Virus record (IMG/VR): IMGVR_UViG_3300006109_000424
Span: 7,617 to 71,616 of that record
Origin: a virus
Strand: one strand, 5' to 3'
DNA: 64,000 nt
Shown here: positions 25,318 through 33,784 of the stretch, piece after piece
Position numbering within the stretch: the first letter of the stretch is position 1
Layout of the letters: every line of letters begins with the position of its first letter
The notes under the pieces: generated by a model
Database searches by the model: none
Told to the model about the DNA's origin: nothing
Seen by the model: only the letters and a program-made list of their open reading frames with translations
Position numbers and translations under genes: made by a program

Positions 25318-27238
25318 AGTACTCACATTCGCGCCACCAAGCGGCCATTTCTGGAAATGTAGTTAAAAAGTCGGTGCCATGTCGCCGGTCGGCTTCTGCA
25401 AAAAAACGATAAAAATCTGCTTTTTGCTGTTTAATGTATATTGGATCTAACTTTTGTCCATCACGCATCCAAGCAATGTCTCTGTCAAGTCGAGAAATTT
25501 CGTAATCTTTGAATCCTTGAAAACGTGTGGCTTCGGTTTCGATCTGACGTATCATCCAGGCCCATAAATGTTCTAACTGTTCTACGTAACTTTCTGGCAA
25601 GATTTGTAGACTTTGCCAGGTGGGTTGCCGTAATACCGGAGTATCAAACCATACACGCTGATAGGTCTTTGAATACAACTTACGCAGGCCTAGTATGCCG
25701 GCAAACAGACTACTGAGATTGGTCACCGATAGATTGTTCATGGTCACAATAAAGGTTATGCTGTTGCGCCCTGGTATTTCTGTTAAGAATTGATTTACAC
25801 GATCCCATAATAAATTAAAATCTAAACCGTTACGGATATATTCAGCCTGTGCCCCCCAAGAATCTATACTAATGTATTGCATGAAATGTTCAATCTGTTC
25901 GCCTTCGCATAGTTGCTTGACATAGCCTTTGTATCGTTGCCACGACTTTTCGTCCACACTAAAGTTGCTGGTCACATTCAAGTGCAGGTCTGGCTTGGGA
26001 TTGGCCAACACATAGTCAAACACACGATAGGTATTTTTGTCCAGCATGGGTTCGCCGCCGGTCATTCTGAAATGTTCTAGCTCTGGATATAGTTGAGGCC
26101 ACCAAGACCAAAATGCATCTACATAGAGATTGTCCTCTCTTACCGGAATTGGTTTACGATCCCCAGTGAAATAACTAGGATCATTGTGTTGAGTGCTAGT
26201 GGGATAAGCGCCAAACTGATCCACTTCCTGTTGCCAACTTGAACTAAATTGAGGGCTACAGTAGCTACATTTAAGATTGCAAGCGTGATTAAAATTAACT
26301 TCAACATAACTAGGTGTAATATCATCGTCCCATTCTCCACTTACAATTTTTCCAAAGTCTTTGGCAGCCCAAGACTCGCCGCTGCGATAGTGTCGATCAC
26401 TTAGTTTGCCGTTGTCTTCCATGGCCCAACAATAATTACATTCACTGGGTCTTTCTCCTTTTAACATCAGCTGTCTTTGAGTTTTTTTATAGGCGGTGTT
26501 ATGCAACCCACTAGGACTACGTTGGATATCTTCTAGTTGAATTTTGTGTAAAGGAGGATGATAGCAGGAATTATTAAGTCCTGTAGTTAAATGTAGACTT
26601 ACCTGTTTCCATTTTGCTAGACACATGCTGGGACTTATTTTGTCCAAGCGTTGTTTCATTATTTCGGCGTCGTTAAGAAATTTACTCTTAAATCCATCTA
26701 CAATTTTATCTCCTGGTACCATTGATAAGTCATGTTCTATGTGTTCGGCGCTGACCTGATCGTATTCAGCAGAATCAATACTGTTTAGTTCTTTTCGCAT
26801 AATTTTGGCAAATTCCGAGTTGTCTGTGTCAATATTAATTATACTAGTAGCACCCAAGGTATCCATTGGATATTCGTTATAGTATCGACGATGATAGGCA
26901 GTGTGAGCTCGAGCATGTTCTAATTTATTAGGCATGTTTTTATTTTTATGCTGATCTGCAAGATACCATTCTCTCTTTAAACTTTTGCCTAAATCTGCTT
27001 GTAGTACAATAATTTCTCTTTGGTTAGGAAATAGTTTTTTAATCAGTGGAACATTTACGCAATGGGTCAGTATTAATTCGCAGTCTGCTAGGTCAGACTG
27101 TGTGGTCAAATATCGATAATCGGGCAATTGATTGGTTAATAAATGATCATAGGTGGTTTGTGTTTTAAAATCCCGTTGGCCGGCTAGATAACGATAATAC
27201 CTATTTCCGCCGGCGCCAGGATAAAATGCAATAACCAT
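25301..27238 (-). CDS. fusion of a sulfotransferase-like N-terminal domain with a twitch-domain radical SAM protein
   Basis: N-terminal AFYPGAGGNR; from about aa 200 MCLAKW...SCYHP...CNYCW, CNLKCSYC, GGEP. Confidence 0.85.
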   Translation of the reverse strand: MVIAFYPGAGGNRYYRYLAGQRDFKTQTTYDHLLTNQLPDYRYLTTQSDLADCELILTHCVNVPLIKKLFPNQREIIVLQADLGKSLKREWYLADQHKNKNMPNKLEHARAHTAYHRRYYNEYPMDTLGATSIINIDTDNSEFAKIMRKELNSIDSAEYDQVSAEHIEHDLSMVPGDKIVDGFKSKFLNDAEIMKQRLDKISPSMCLAKWKQVSLHLTTGLNNSCYHPPLHKIQLEDIQRSPSGLHNTAYKKTQRQLMLKGERPSECNYCWAMEDNGKLSDRHYRSGESWAAKDFGKIVSGEWDDDITPSYVEVNFNHACNLKCSYCSPQFSSSWQQEVDQFGAYPTSTQHNDPSYFTGDRKPIPVREDNLYVDAFWSWWPQLYPELEHFRMTGGEPMLDKNTYRVFDYVLANPKPDLHLNVTSNFSVDEKSWQRYKGYVKQLCEGEQIEHFMQYISIDSWGAQAEYIRNGLDFNLLWDRVNQFLTEIPGRNSITFIVTMNNLSVTNLSSLFAGILGLRKLYSKTYQRVWFDTPVLRQPTWQSLQILPESYVEQLEHLWAWMIRQIETEATRFQGFKDYEISRLDRDIAWMRDGQKLDPIYIKQQKADFYRFFAEADRRHGTDFLTTFPEMAAWWRECEYYARQS

Positions 27239-27245
27239 TTTTACT

Positions 27246-27274
27246 ATTATACACTAATTTGTTAAAAAAATCAA
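27246..27274 (-). promoter_or_regulatory. sigma70-type promoter, leaderless geometry
   Basis: TTGATT-17 bp-TATAAT, 7 nt before ATG 27238. Confidence 0.7.
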
Positions 27275-27517
27275 AAATATTTTAGATCAGAGGACAACAA
27301 TCGCACTGGGCTAATATCAGAATTGGATAATATTGAATTAGATAAATTGTTTGTCGCCCATCTTGAGTGCTCAAGTATTAATACATTCATGACAACTATT
27401 TATGGACTACTTTCAACACCTCAACCAATTAGTGGCCTGGCCCGAGACGGATTTCATTATGGACCCAAAACACATCAACAATTAGCAGAAAAAATTACCA
27501 ACCTTCTTGATTTCTAA
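27266..27517 (+). pseudogene. C-terminal remnant of an SGNH-like hydrolase
   Basis: LARDGFHYGPKTHQQLAEKI (DxxH block); frame opens after TAA at 27263; N-terminal GxS block absent. Confidence 0.5.
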
Positions 27518-28433
27518 TAACATCAATTTCTTTGATCATAACTCCACGATTATGCCAGTTACTACGGTAATGATGTTTAAAAAACTGACTTTCCTCTGGT
27601 CCTAGCATGTTAATTGGTAAATTTAATTGCGTTACTAAATCTTCGGCTACTCTCCCAGCTAATATTTCAGCGTTTGAATCTTTTACTGTAGACCACAGAT
27701 CCGCCAATGCATCAAAGCTCTGTACCTGACGATAGTCCCAAGTTGGAGTGATCATGGTCATGTAAGTGCCCATGCGACTACCCACAATTGCCCAGATACC
27801 ATTGTCCACATCTCGACCCACATTATGCCATATGGTCAAATGATCTAAATTACGATGATGTACACGATCTTGGAATTCGCTAACAGTAGGTCTAACGCCC
27901 TTGTTTAAGCACATCTTGACACCTTCGCGGAATCCAGCTCGCCAGGCTTGAAACTCACTGGCATTGGGGTATGTTGTACTATAGCAATCGTGCATAGCAT
28001 AGTAATTAGGATAAAAACAAAACTCTACATCATTTTCTGCTGTACCGTCGGATGCTTCGTGTGTGCGCATATCGTATATAAACTTTTTAGACCATACGCT
28101 CAAGCCGCCATTGCCGTACATGAGTCCATTGATATAATTACGAGCACGCCAACGATACACACAGGTAGTGTCGACATCGCCGATATTTAATGTAAGATTA
28201 AAAAATTCAGGATTGGGAATATTGTCACCGTCGATGAGCACAAAACGATCGGTTGCACTAGCATTGGCTGCTGCTTTATGTGCTGCATCCGATCCTTTAA
28301 CCCCATCTACACGTTGAGCCCAAGGAATCATATTTTTAATTTTAACCCAGTTTTCTTCTTTGTTGGGTTCATCGTATGATAGGTAAATGCAGTCTAAGTC
28401 TGCTATATCAATTGTGATCACTTCACGCTCCAT
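27495..28433 (-). CDS. putative GT-A-fold glycosyltransferase
   Basis: LSYDEP, GVKGSDAAHKAAA, VLIDGDN (DxD), YGNGG, WRAGFREGVKM. Confidence 0.65.
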   Translation of the reverse strand: MEREVITIDIADLDCIYLSYDEPNKEENWVKIKNMIPWAQRVDGVKGSDAAHKAAANASATDRFVLIDGDNIPNPEFFNLTLNIGDVDTTCVYRWRARNYINGLMYGNGGLSVWSKKFIYDMRTHEASDGTAENDVEFCFYPNYYAMHDCYSTTYPNASEFQAWRAGFREGVKMCLNKGVRPTVSEFQDRVHHRNLDHLTIWHNVGRDVDNGIWAIVGSRMGTYMTMITPTWDYRQVQSFDALADLWSTVKDSNAEILAGRVAEDLVTQLNLPINMLGPEESQFFKHHYRSNWHNRGVMIKEIDVIRNQEGW

Positions 28434-28735
28434 TTAGTATTTGATCCTAAGGCATTTACCACAACAGCAACATCTTGCGGGTGACATGTGGTGCCTATAT
28501 CTCCTGGAACCAACTTATGTACCACTACTGTTTTGATCCGAACTAATATTCCGTTGAGTATGCGGACATTGGCTGGATTATGCCAGGTATCGTAATCGAT
28601 CTCTATATAGTTACCTGGGACCGATTCCATGCTGTAAAATAAAGGCCAGCCCTGATCGTCATAATACAATCTATAGATCGGTGCAGGCGGAGCTGGAACA
28701 GGAGCTAGTGCGTTCCAAAAATCATTTTCAGTCAT
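28418..28735 (-). CDS. hypothetical protein
   Basis: 105 aa, YRLYYD; overlaps both neighbours. Confidence 0.7.
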   Translation of the reverse strand: MTENDFWNALAPVPAPPAPIYRLYYDDQGWPLFYSMESVPGNYIEIDYDTWHNPANVRILNGILVRIKTVVVHKLVPGDIGTTCHPQDVAVVVNALGSNTKWSVK

Positions 28736-29495
28736 ATGCCCATTCCTTGATATGGTAATGTACTAGTCCCCATTGTGCCACAGTGTTGATCCTAAAAGGG
28801 TCATTTTCCCAGACTAATTCATTGGTCCAGTTGTCTGTTATAGTACCAATCATGTGTTGTTTCATGTGTACTATGGTTGGACCTATACCGGCAGGTAAGG
28901 TAACATTTTCAACATTCATAATCACAGCAGCTATGGCATAGACCACGTCAGTTGTGGCCTCTTTGTCTGGAAATTGCAGTAAAGATCGATAACTGTTCCA
29001 ATTTTCAAATATGTTGCGCACCAGTTCAAAAAATTTCATAGCAGTTTCGCTGCGACGCCAATAGGTAATAGCATTGTACACATCCGGTAAGGCATTGTTA
29101 TCAAATATGCGACGATACACCCTTGATTGTCCTGGTTGATCATAAAAATCTCTGCAACCTTGGCTGATCACAACATCTCGAGACTCAAACAGGGTCCACC
29201 AATGATCAATAGGAGTGGCACATATCATATCAGCTTCTAATTTAATAGTTTGCCTATATGGGCTAGCTCTAAAACACTGCCAATCGTTGGCATAACCCCC
29301 TTGGTCACCGTAGGGCAACGGTATCACATGATCAAAAACTGGATCACTGCATTGCTTGGTCGAAATGACAGAGATTTTAGCATCGGGGTGCCATTGTTGT
29401 ATGGATTTAGCCAGCCGTACAGCACAACTCAGGTAATCTACAGATTCTGTATCAACGGCTGGTATTAGATATCCGCGTTCAGCTGTGATTGTCAA
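28728..29495 (-). CDS. putative GT-A (GT8-like) glycosyltransferase
   Basis: DYLSCAVRLAKSI, FDHVI, SPYRQTIKLEADM, TDVVYAIA, HYHIK. Confidence 0.6.
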   Translation of the reverse strand: MTITAERGYLIPAVDTESVDYLSCAVRLAKSIQQWHPDAKISVISTKQCSDPVFDHVIPLPYGDQGGYANDWQCFRASPYRQTIKLEADMICATPIDHWWTLFESRDVVISQGCRDFYDQPGQSRVYRRIFDNNALPDVYNAITYWRRSETAMKFFELVRNIFENWNSYRSLLQFPDKEATTDVVYAIAAVIMNVENVTLPAGIGPTIVHMKQHMIGTITDNWTNELVWENDPFRINTVAQWGLVHYHIKEWAYD

Positions 29496-30279
29496 TGATG
29501 GCCCCTAATTGTGCTTTGCCCATAGCATGAAAATCCTGAGCTAATGTAATCCACTTGGGCTTGCCGTCCTGTGCTACAAAATCCACACGATATTGATCTT
29601 GATCAATTTGTGCCAACTGTTGATCATGTGTCACCGTGGCCAACCCCCACGGAATACTATTGTGATTCAAAGTGTGTCCGTTTACTACACCTAATGCAAT
29701 GCTGAGTGCAAAATCATTGCGATAAGTGGCACGACCGATTGAGTACAAAGCCCGGTAGTGATCCCAGTTGTCTCGTATCATCTGCATGGTTTCAAATATT
29801 AATTGAGCCTGTTGACCACGTCGAAACATCATCACCGTGGCCCACCACATGGGCATGCGGTATTGGCCAAAGCTGTCATGCTCGTCAAAGTTTGGATGTC
29901 CGGTTACATCATAGGCCCGATTGTGTACTACAAACTCACAGTCGTTGTCTAAAATAGAAAGAAGCTGATCTGTTGCAACCACATAGTCGGCATCTAACAC
30001 TAGTGTCTGTGACCACGGCGACAGGGTGTAGGCATCTACTCTGTTGCCGTTAAACCAGGTGACTAACTCTGCCAAATCCTCAAATTTTCTTGTGTAGCTT
30101 CCTGTTGGTTTGGCCAGTATTATCTGTTCAAAACGATAATGTGGCGGAACTGCACGATCAGTAACTACGGCCACTGGTAAGTCGAGATGCCTGCGAATAT
30201 TTTGCGCTGACCAGTTGGCCATGGCAAGATAATCAATGTGTTCGTTGTTGAAGGCAAAAATTAAAACGCCAGTGGTCAT
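29479..30279 (-). CDS. putative GT-A (GT8-like) glycosyltransferase, paralog of 28728
   Basis: DYLAMA, SPWSQTLVLDADY (DxD), RNDFALSIA, HAMGK. Confidence 0.65.
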   Translation of the reverse strand: MTTGVLIFAFNNEHIDYLAMANWSAQNIRRHLDLPVAVVTDRAVPPHYRFEQIILAKPTGSYTRKFEDLAELVTWFNGNRVDAYTLSPWSQTLVLDADYVVATDQLLSILDNDCEFVVHNRAYDVTGHPNFDEHDSFGQYRMPMWWATVMMFRRGQQAQLIFETMQMIRDNWDHYRALYSIGRATYRNDFALSIALGVVNGHTLNHNSIPWGLATVTHDQQLAQIDQDQYRVDFVAQDGKPKWITLAQDFHAMGKAQLGAIIDNHS

Positions 30280-30578
30280 CTATTTTGATTAAGTTGTTGG
30301 TATTCTATAAGCCAAGCATTAAGTTGTTCTTGCCAGCGTTGCAACGCCTGCTCATAAAACTCCTCGGCATTGACCTTTACTGGGTTTTCATATAAATCTA
30401 AAATTACTGTGTCGCCGTTGCAACATTTTAATGTAGTCAACAATGCGGGCCCAGCCAACCACATACCACCAGCATGGGCAAAGGTCAACTTGCCCTGATA
30501 TTTTTCTTTTAAGGTACGTTTGGCAACTGCGTGATCAAAACGAGCACGAGCGTGAGAGATTAAATTGTCTGTGTCCAT
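30276..30578 (-). CDS. hypothetical protein (possible tail-fibre assembly helper)
   Basis: ATG 30578 lies 6 nt after TATAAT; follows the tail fibre genes. Confidence 0.6.
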   Translation of the reverse strand: MDTDNLISHARARFDHAVAKRTLKEKYQGKLTFAHAGGMWLAGPALLTTLKCCNGDTVILDLYENPVKVNAEEFYEQALQRWQEQLNAWLIEYQQLNQNR

Positions 30579-30584
30579 AGAGTT

Positions 30585-30613
30585 ATTATACTTGAAAAAG
30601 CACATAAGGTAAA
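30585..30613 (-). promoter_or_regulatory. sigma70-type promoter, leaderless geometry
   Basis: TTTACC-17 bp-TATAAT-aactct-ATG. Confidence 0.6.
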
Positions 30614-30631
30614 GCCCCTTGCGGGGCTTTT
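30611..30631 (-). terminator. intrinsic terminator (possibly bidirectional) after the tail fibre genes
   Basis: AAAGCCCC-GCAA-GGGGCTTT on the minus strand. Confidence 0.8.
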
Positions 30632-30650
30632 GGTAAAACTGTTGCAACTA

Positions 30651-31631
30651 TTAAGCTACTGTACTTGCCACAGTTGGGGTTCCCCAAGTGTTGCTGATAT
30701 TGGTAGTTTCTGGTGGATAGTAGGTAACCACAGTACTTGGTGCTGTACCCCAGGAAATACCGGTTGTTGCTGTACCACCTGTGATTTGTGCTGTTGATCC
30801 AGGGTTAGAATCGCCTGCATCATACCAAGTTGTGGTCAAAGTAACCACTGCACCAGATACGCTAGCATTGATCTGTACATAGTTGCCGCTGTAGGCACCA
30901 CCTGTATCAAACTGTTTGTAGATAGTCTGTGGTGTACCAGTCAACTGATTGTATCCAATACCGGTGGCCAATGTGGTAGGTGTTCCTGTTCCGCCAACCT
31001 TGCCTGTGCCTTGATAGCTAGTTCCAGCAATGGTCTTGCTGGTAGCATCGCTGGTAAAAATAACTTTGTTAGCTACTATTGCACCGGCGCCTGCTGCACC
31101 AACAAATACATTCCATTCTGTATCAGATACAGTACCTGTACTGCTTTTGCCAAACTGTATTTGTAAATATCCGCCTGCGCCAAAGAAATTAGTAGCAGCT
31201 GTAGCATTGGCAAAGGTGACAGTGTCAGTAAATGTAATGGTCCATGCAGAGCCACCAGATCCAGTTGCAGTTGTTTTGCTAGCTGTACCAGTCCAAGCGG
31301 TGTATTGGCTACCGACTGATGCAGCACTGAAACGATTGGTGTAGCAGTTGCCGATGTCAAGACCTACGTTGGTTAATGCTGTAATGGTATTGCCTGTAAC
31401 CGGAGCAGTCCTGGAAGTGATCACTGTGTTTGAGTGAGCACCCATGGCAGTGATGGTGTTGACCAAAGAAGCCCATTGTGTTGCCGAAACTGTAGCACCC
31501 GTGCTTACCGTGGTAAGAGCTGTTTGCCCATATGTGCTGTTCCAAGTTGCATTGATGTTTGCACCTGAAGTCGTACTGACAAAACCATTATAGTCTGTCG
31601 CTTGTATTAATCCGCCCGATGAATATGTCAT
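30651..31631 (-). CDS. Thr/Gly-rich virion structural protein (tail fibre-like)
   Basis: MTYSSGGLIQATDYN, SATQWASL, FFGAGG; very T/G/S/A-rich; in tail module. Confidence 0.65.
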   Translation of the reverse strand: MTYSSGGLIQATDYNGFVSTTSGANINATWNSTYGQTALTTVSTGATVSATQWASLVNTITAMGAHSNTVITSRTAPVTGNTITALTNVGLDIGNCYTNRFSAASVGSQYTAWTGTASKTTATGSGGSAWTITFTDTVTFANATAATNFFGAGGYLQIQFGKSSTGTVSDTEWNVFVGAAGAGAIVANKVIFTSDATSKTIAGTSYQGTGKVGGTGTPTTLATGIGYNQLTGTPQTIYKQFDTGGAYSGNYVQINASVSGAVVTLTTTWYDAGDSNPGSTAQITGGTATTGISWGTAPSTVVTYYPPETTNISNTWGTPTVASTVA

Positions 31632-31703
31632 TTTGTTTCTGTTTCCCTTTGTATTAGTTGATCAATTTCAACGCAAGTTTAATTGCTGGGGTAATCAATC
31701 TTG

Positions 31704-32975
31704 TTATTTTATTGTTACAATAGCTTCTACTGTGCCTAATCCTGCGTCTAACTTGTCTTTCAACGCACGACCAATCACATTAAATGCTGTGGCTTCGCCT
31801 GGTCGGGCAGCACGAGCCATTCCGTTACCAGCTGATACCAATCTATCACCTTTGAGCACTTGACCAATGGTTTTTACAGGTACTCGTCCAGTCATTGCAA
31901 CTGGGGGATGCGTAGCGTTTGAGCCTGCACGACCATTCATCAAATATGCCGCTTTTGTACTTATGACCCCAAACACATTTTCGCTTAGTTCTGCACCAAC
32001 TTGGGTGATTTCTGCTGTGCCACCCAGTTCGACTACAGTACCTGCGTCTAATTCTGCGTCGGCTGCAAAGCGTTCAGCTAGGTCAGCGTAGTTAGCATCA
32101 ATTTGATTGCCGGTGATTACGCCAGTTGACCCATTGATAGTCATTACTGTGGTCGGAGTTCCGCCAATATTTACACTAAAATTGATGTTGCCATTAGTGG
32201 TCTGATTTGATAGTATTACTCCAGAATTTCCCACTTGGGCTCTAAAATCACTGTTGAGTCCCACTGCAAATCCGCTGTTGTTGAGCACGCTTAGTGTACC
32301 ACTAGTTGAAGTGTTGGCATCGGTACGCATGAATTGACTAGCAGTCAACCCAGATAAACTTGTTGTATTAGTTGCTGTACCGGTAAACACAGCGTTGCCT
32401 ACTGTGGTCAACTGTATACCAGGGCTAATGGTGGCAAATCCGGCAATAGCCGAAGCAGGAGTAAAGGTAGCATCTTTGCTGACCATTCCTACAATATTGC
32501 CGCCCGAGTATAGTTCAATTACATAGTGTGTGCTGCCTACGTTATCTACAATTGATGTTGGAACTGCACCAGTGGTTCCGCCAGCTGTGTTTGTTCCGGG
32601 ACCTACCACCAACCAAGCGGATCCGGTCCAAACATTTAATTGTTGTAAAGTGGTGTTATACCAAAGGTCACCAGTTACATTGTTAGTGGGCGCTGTGCTT
32701 TGTGCTGTAGCACTGCTGATAGTTTTCCATGCCGTACCGGTGTAAACTTGCAACAAATCGTTGCCGCTATTCCACCAAAGTTGTCCTGTTAACGGAGCAC
32801 CTGGAGGAGTGGTGTTGGAAAAATTTTCCAACATTTGTATAAAATTTGTATCTAAAAAAGCTCCGTACCCGGCGTAGTTTTGACCTACCAAGGTTACTGA
32901 ACTTGATGTATTGATAGTACCGTCTGCTACTACAGCAAACAATGCACCATCAGTTAAGTTAATTGTATATGACAT
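31704..32975 (-). CDS. tail fibre protein with C-terminal intramolecular chaperone (Peptidase_G2-like) domain
   Basis: LVGQNYAGYG...LENF...P.TGQLWW, GDLWYN; C-terminal YADLAERF...GTVV.LGG...GRVPVK..G...KGDRLVS. Confidence 0.75.
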   Translation of the reverse strand: MSYTINLTDGALFAVVADGTINTSSSVTLVGQNYAGYGAFLDTNFIQMLENFSNTTPPGAPLTGQLWWNSGNDLLQVYTGTAWKTISSATAQSTAPTNNVTGDLWYNTTLQQLNVWTGSAWLVVGPGTNTAGGTTGAVPTSIVDNVGSTHYVIELYSGGNIVGMVSKDATFTPASAIAGFATISPGIQLTTVGNAVFTGTATNTTSLSGLTASQFMRTDANTSTSGTLSVLNNSGFAVGLNSDFRAQVGNSGVILSNQTTNGNINFSVNIGGTPTTVMTINGSTGVITGNQIDANYADLAERFAADAELDAGTVVELGGTAEITQVGAELSENVFGVISTKAAYLMNGRAGSNATHPPVAMTGRVPVKTIGQVLKGDRLVSAGNGMARAARPGEATAFNVIGRALKDKLDAGLGTVEAIVTIK

Positions 32976-32996
32976 TTAGGTTACTCCGTCCTTTTG

Positions 32997-33027
32997 TATT
33001 TACCACACAATAATATACTCATATTTA
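32997..33027 (-). promoter_or_regulatory. two tandem late-type promoters (TAAATA)
   Basis: TAAATA at 33022-33027 and 32997-33002 upstream of the tail fibre SD. Confidence 0.55.
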
Positions 33028-33627
33028 TGCCGCACTTAAATTTGTAAGAGTTTGGATGCGCAAAGTATAATCTATCTGTATCTGGCGATTCAAGCTCTTT
33101 TGTACCGGATGAAAAATCACGTGGGTGATCAAAGACAAATTACTAGCACTACCAAACCAACTTTGCAATCCGAGCTCATCAAATACATATTCACCATTGA
33201 AATTGGTGCTGTTGTCAAAGGCCTGCTGACCTGCAGGTTCGCCGTAGTCCAGCAAGCAAGTGGTCACAATATCAGTATAGACATTGCCTGATGTATGTAG
33301 TACTGTAAGATAATTGTTGGTAGGATCCTGATTGGCCGCTGAATATTGGTTTACCACTTTGGCATAGGTTTCATTGTACAAACTGGCATTTTGACCTGTG
33401 GTATTGGGTGGCAAATAGGTTATGACTCCAGTAGGATCTACTGCACTGCCACCGTTACCAAATGCCATGGTGTAAATCCAGCCAGTATTGTCGTTGGTAA
33501 GGCTGTTGGACATGGCAATACTCATGTTTTCGTAGTGGATAGCATTGTTTTTTTCTACAAAAACTTCACCCGAGGCCGGGTCGTATATTTTTAAAAATCC
33601 GCGGATCATGGTAGGCGCTAAAATCAT
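33025..33627 (-). CDS. virion/baseplate structural protein
   Basis: MAFGNGG, LDYGEP, FDELGL, THVIFHPVQKSLNR.I.I.YT. Confidence 0.7.
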   Translation of the reverse strand: MILAPTMIRGFLKIYDPASGEVFVEKNNAIHYENMSIAMSNSLTNDNTGWIYTMAFGNGGSAVDPTGVITYLPPNTTGQNASLYNETYAKVVNQYSAANQDPTNNYLTVLHTSGNVYTDIVTTCLLDYGEPAGQQAFDNSTNFNGEYVFDELGLQSWFGSASNLSLITHVIFHPVQKSLNRQIQIDYTLRIQTLTNLSAA

Positions 33628-33767
33628 GCTCGTTTCTCCACAAATACCTGTTTGGTTGTAGGATCAAAAATCTTTACAAATCCTTGTACCGATACTGATC
33701 CTGTTTCGTTTGGGCGCTTGGGTGTTGTTTTTGTAGTAGAAACCGGTTGTTTATTATTTTCAGTCAT
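33624..33767 (-). CDS. 47-aa protein resembling the N-terminus of the downstream gene (not in ORF track)
   Basis: MTENNKQPVSTTKTTPKRPNETGSVSVQGFVKIFDPTTKQVFVEKRA*; ATGA overlap; TAAATA 4 nt upstream. Confidence 0.75.
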   Translation of the reverse strand: MTENNKQPVSTTKTTPKRPNETGSVSVQGFVKIFDPTTKQVFVEKRA

Positions 33768-33784
33768 ACTATATTTACCTCACA

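Noticed and set aside
4637-30279. Host chromosomal LPS/capsule locus rather than phage DNA
   Set aside because: No flippase, polymerase, transporter or obvious membrane proteins; shares promoter style with and is continuous with phage genes on both sides
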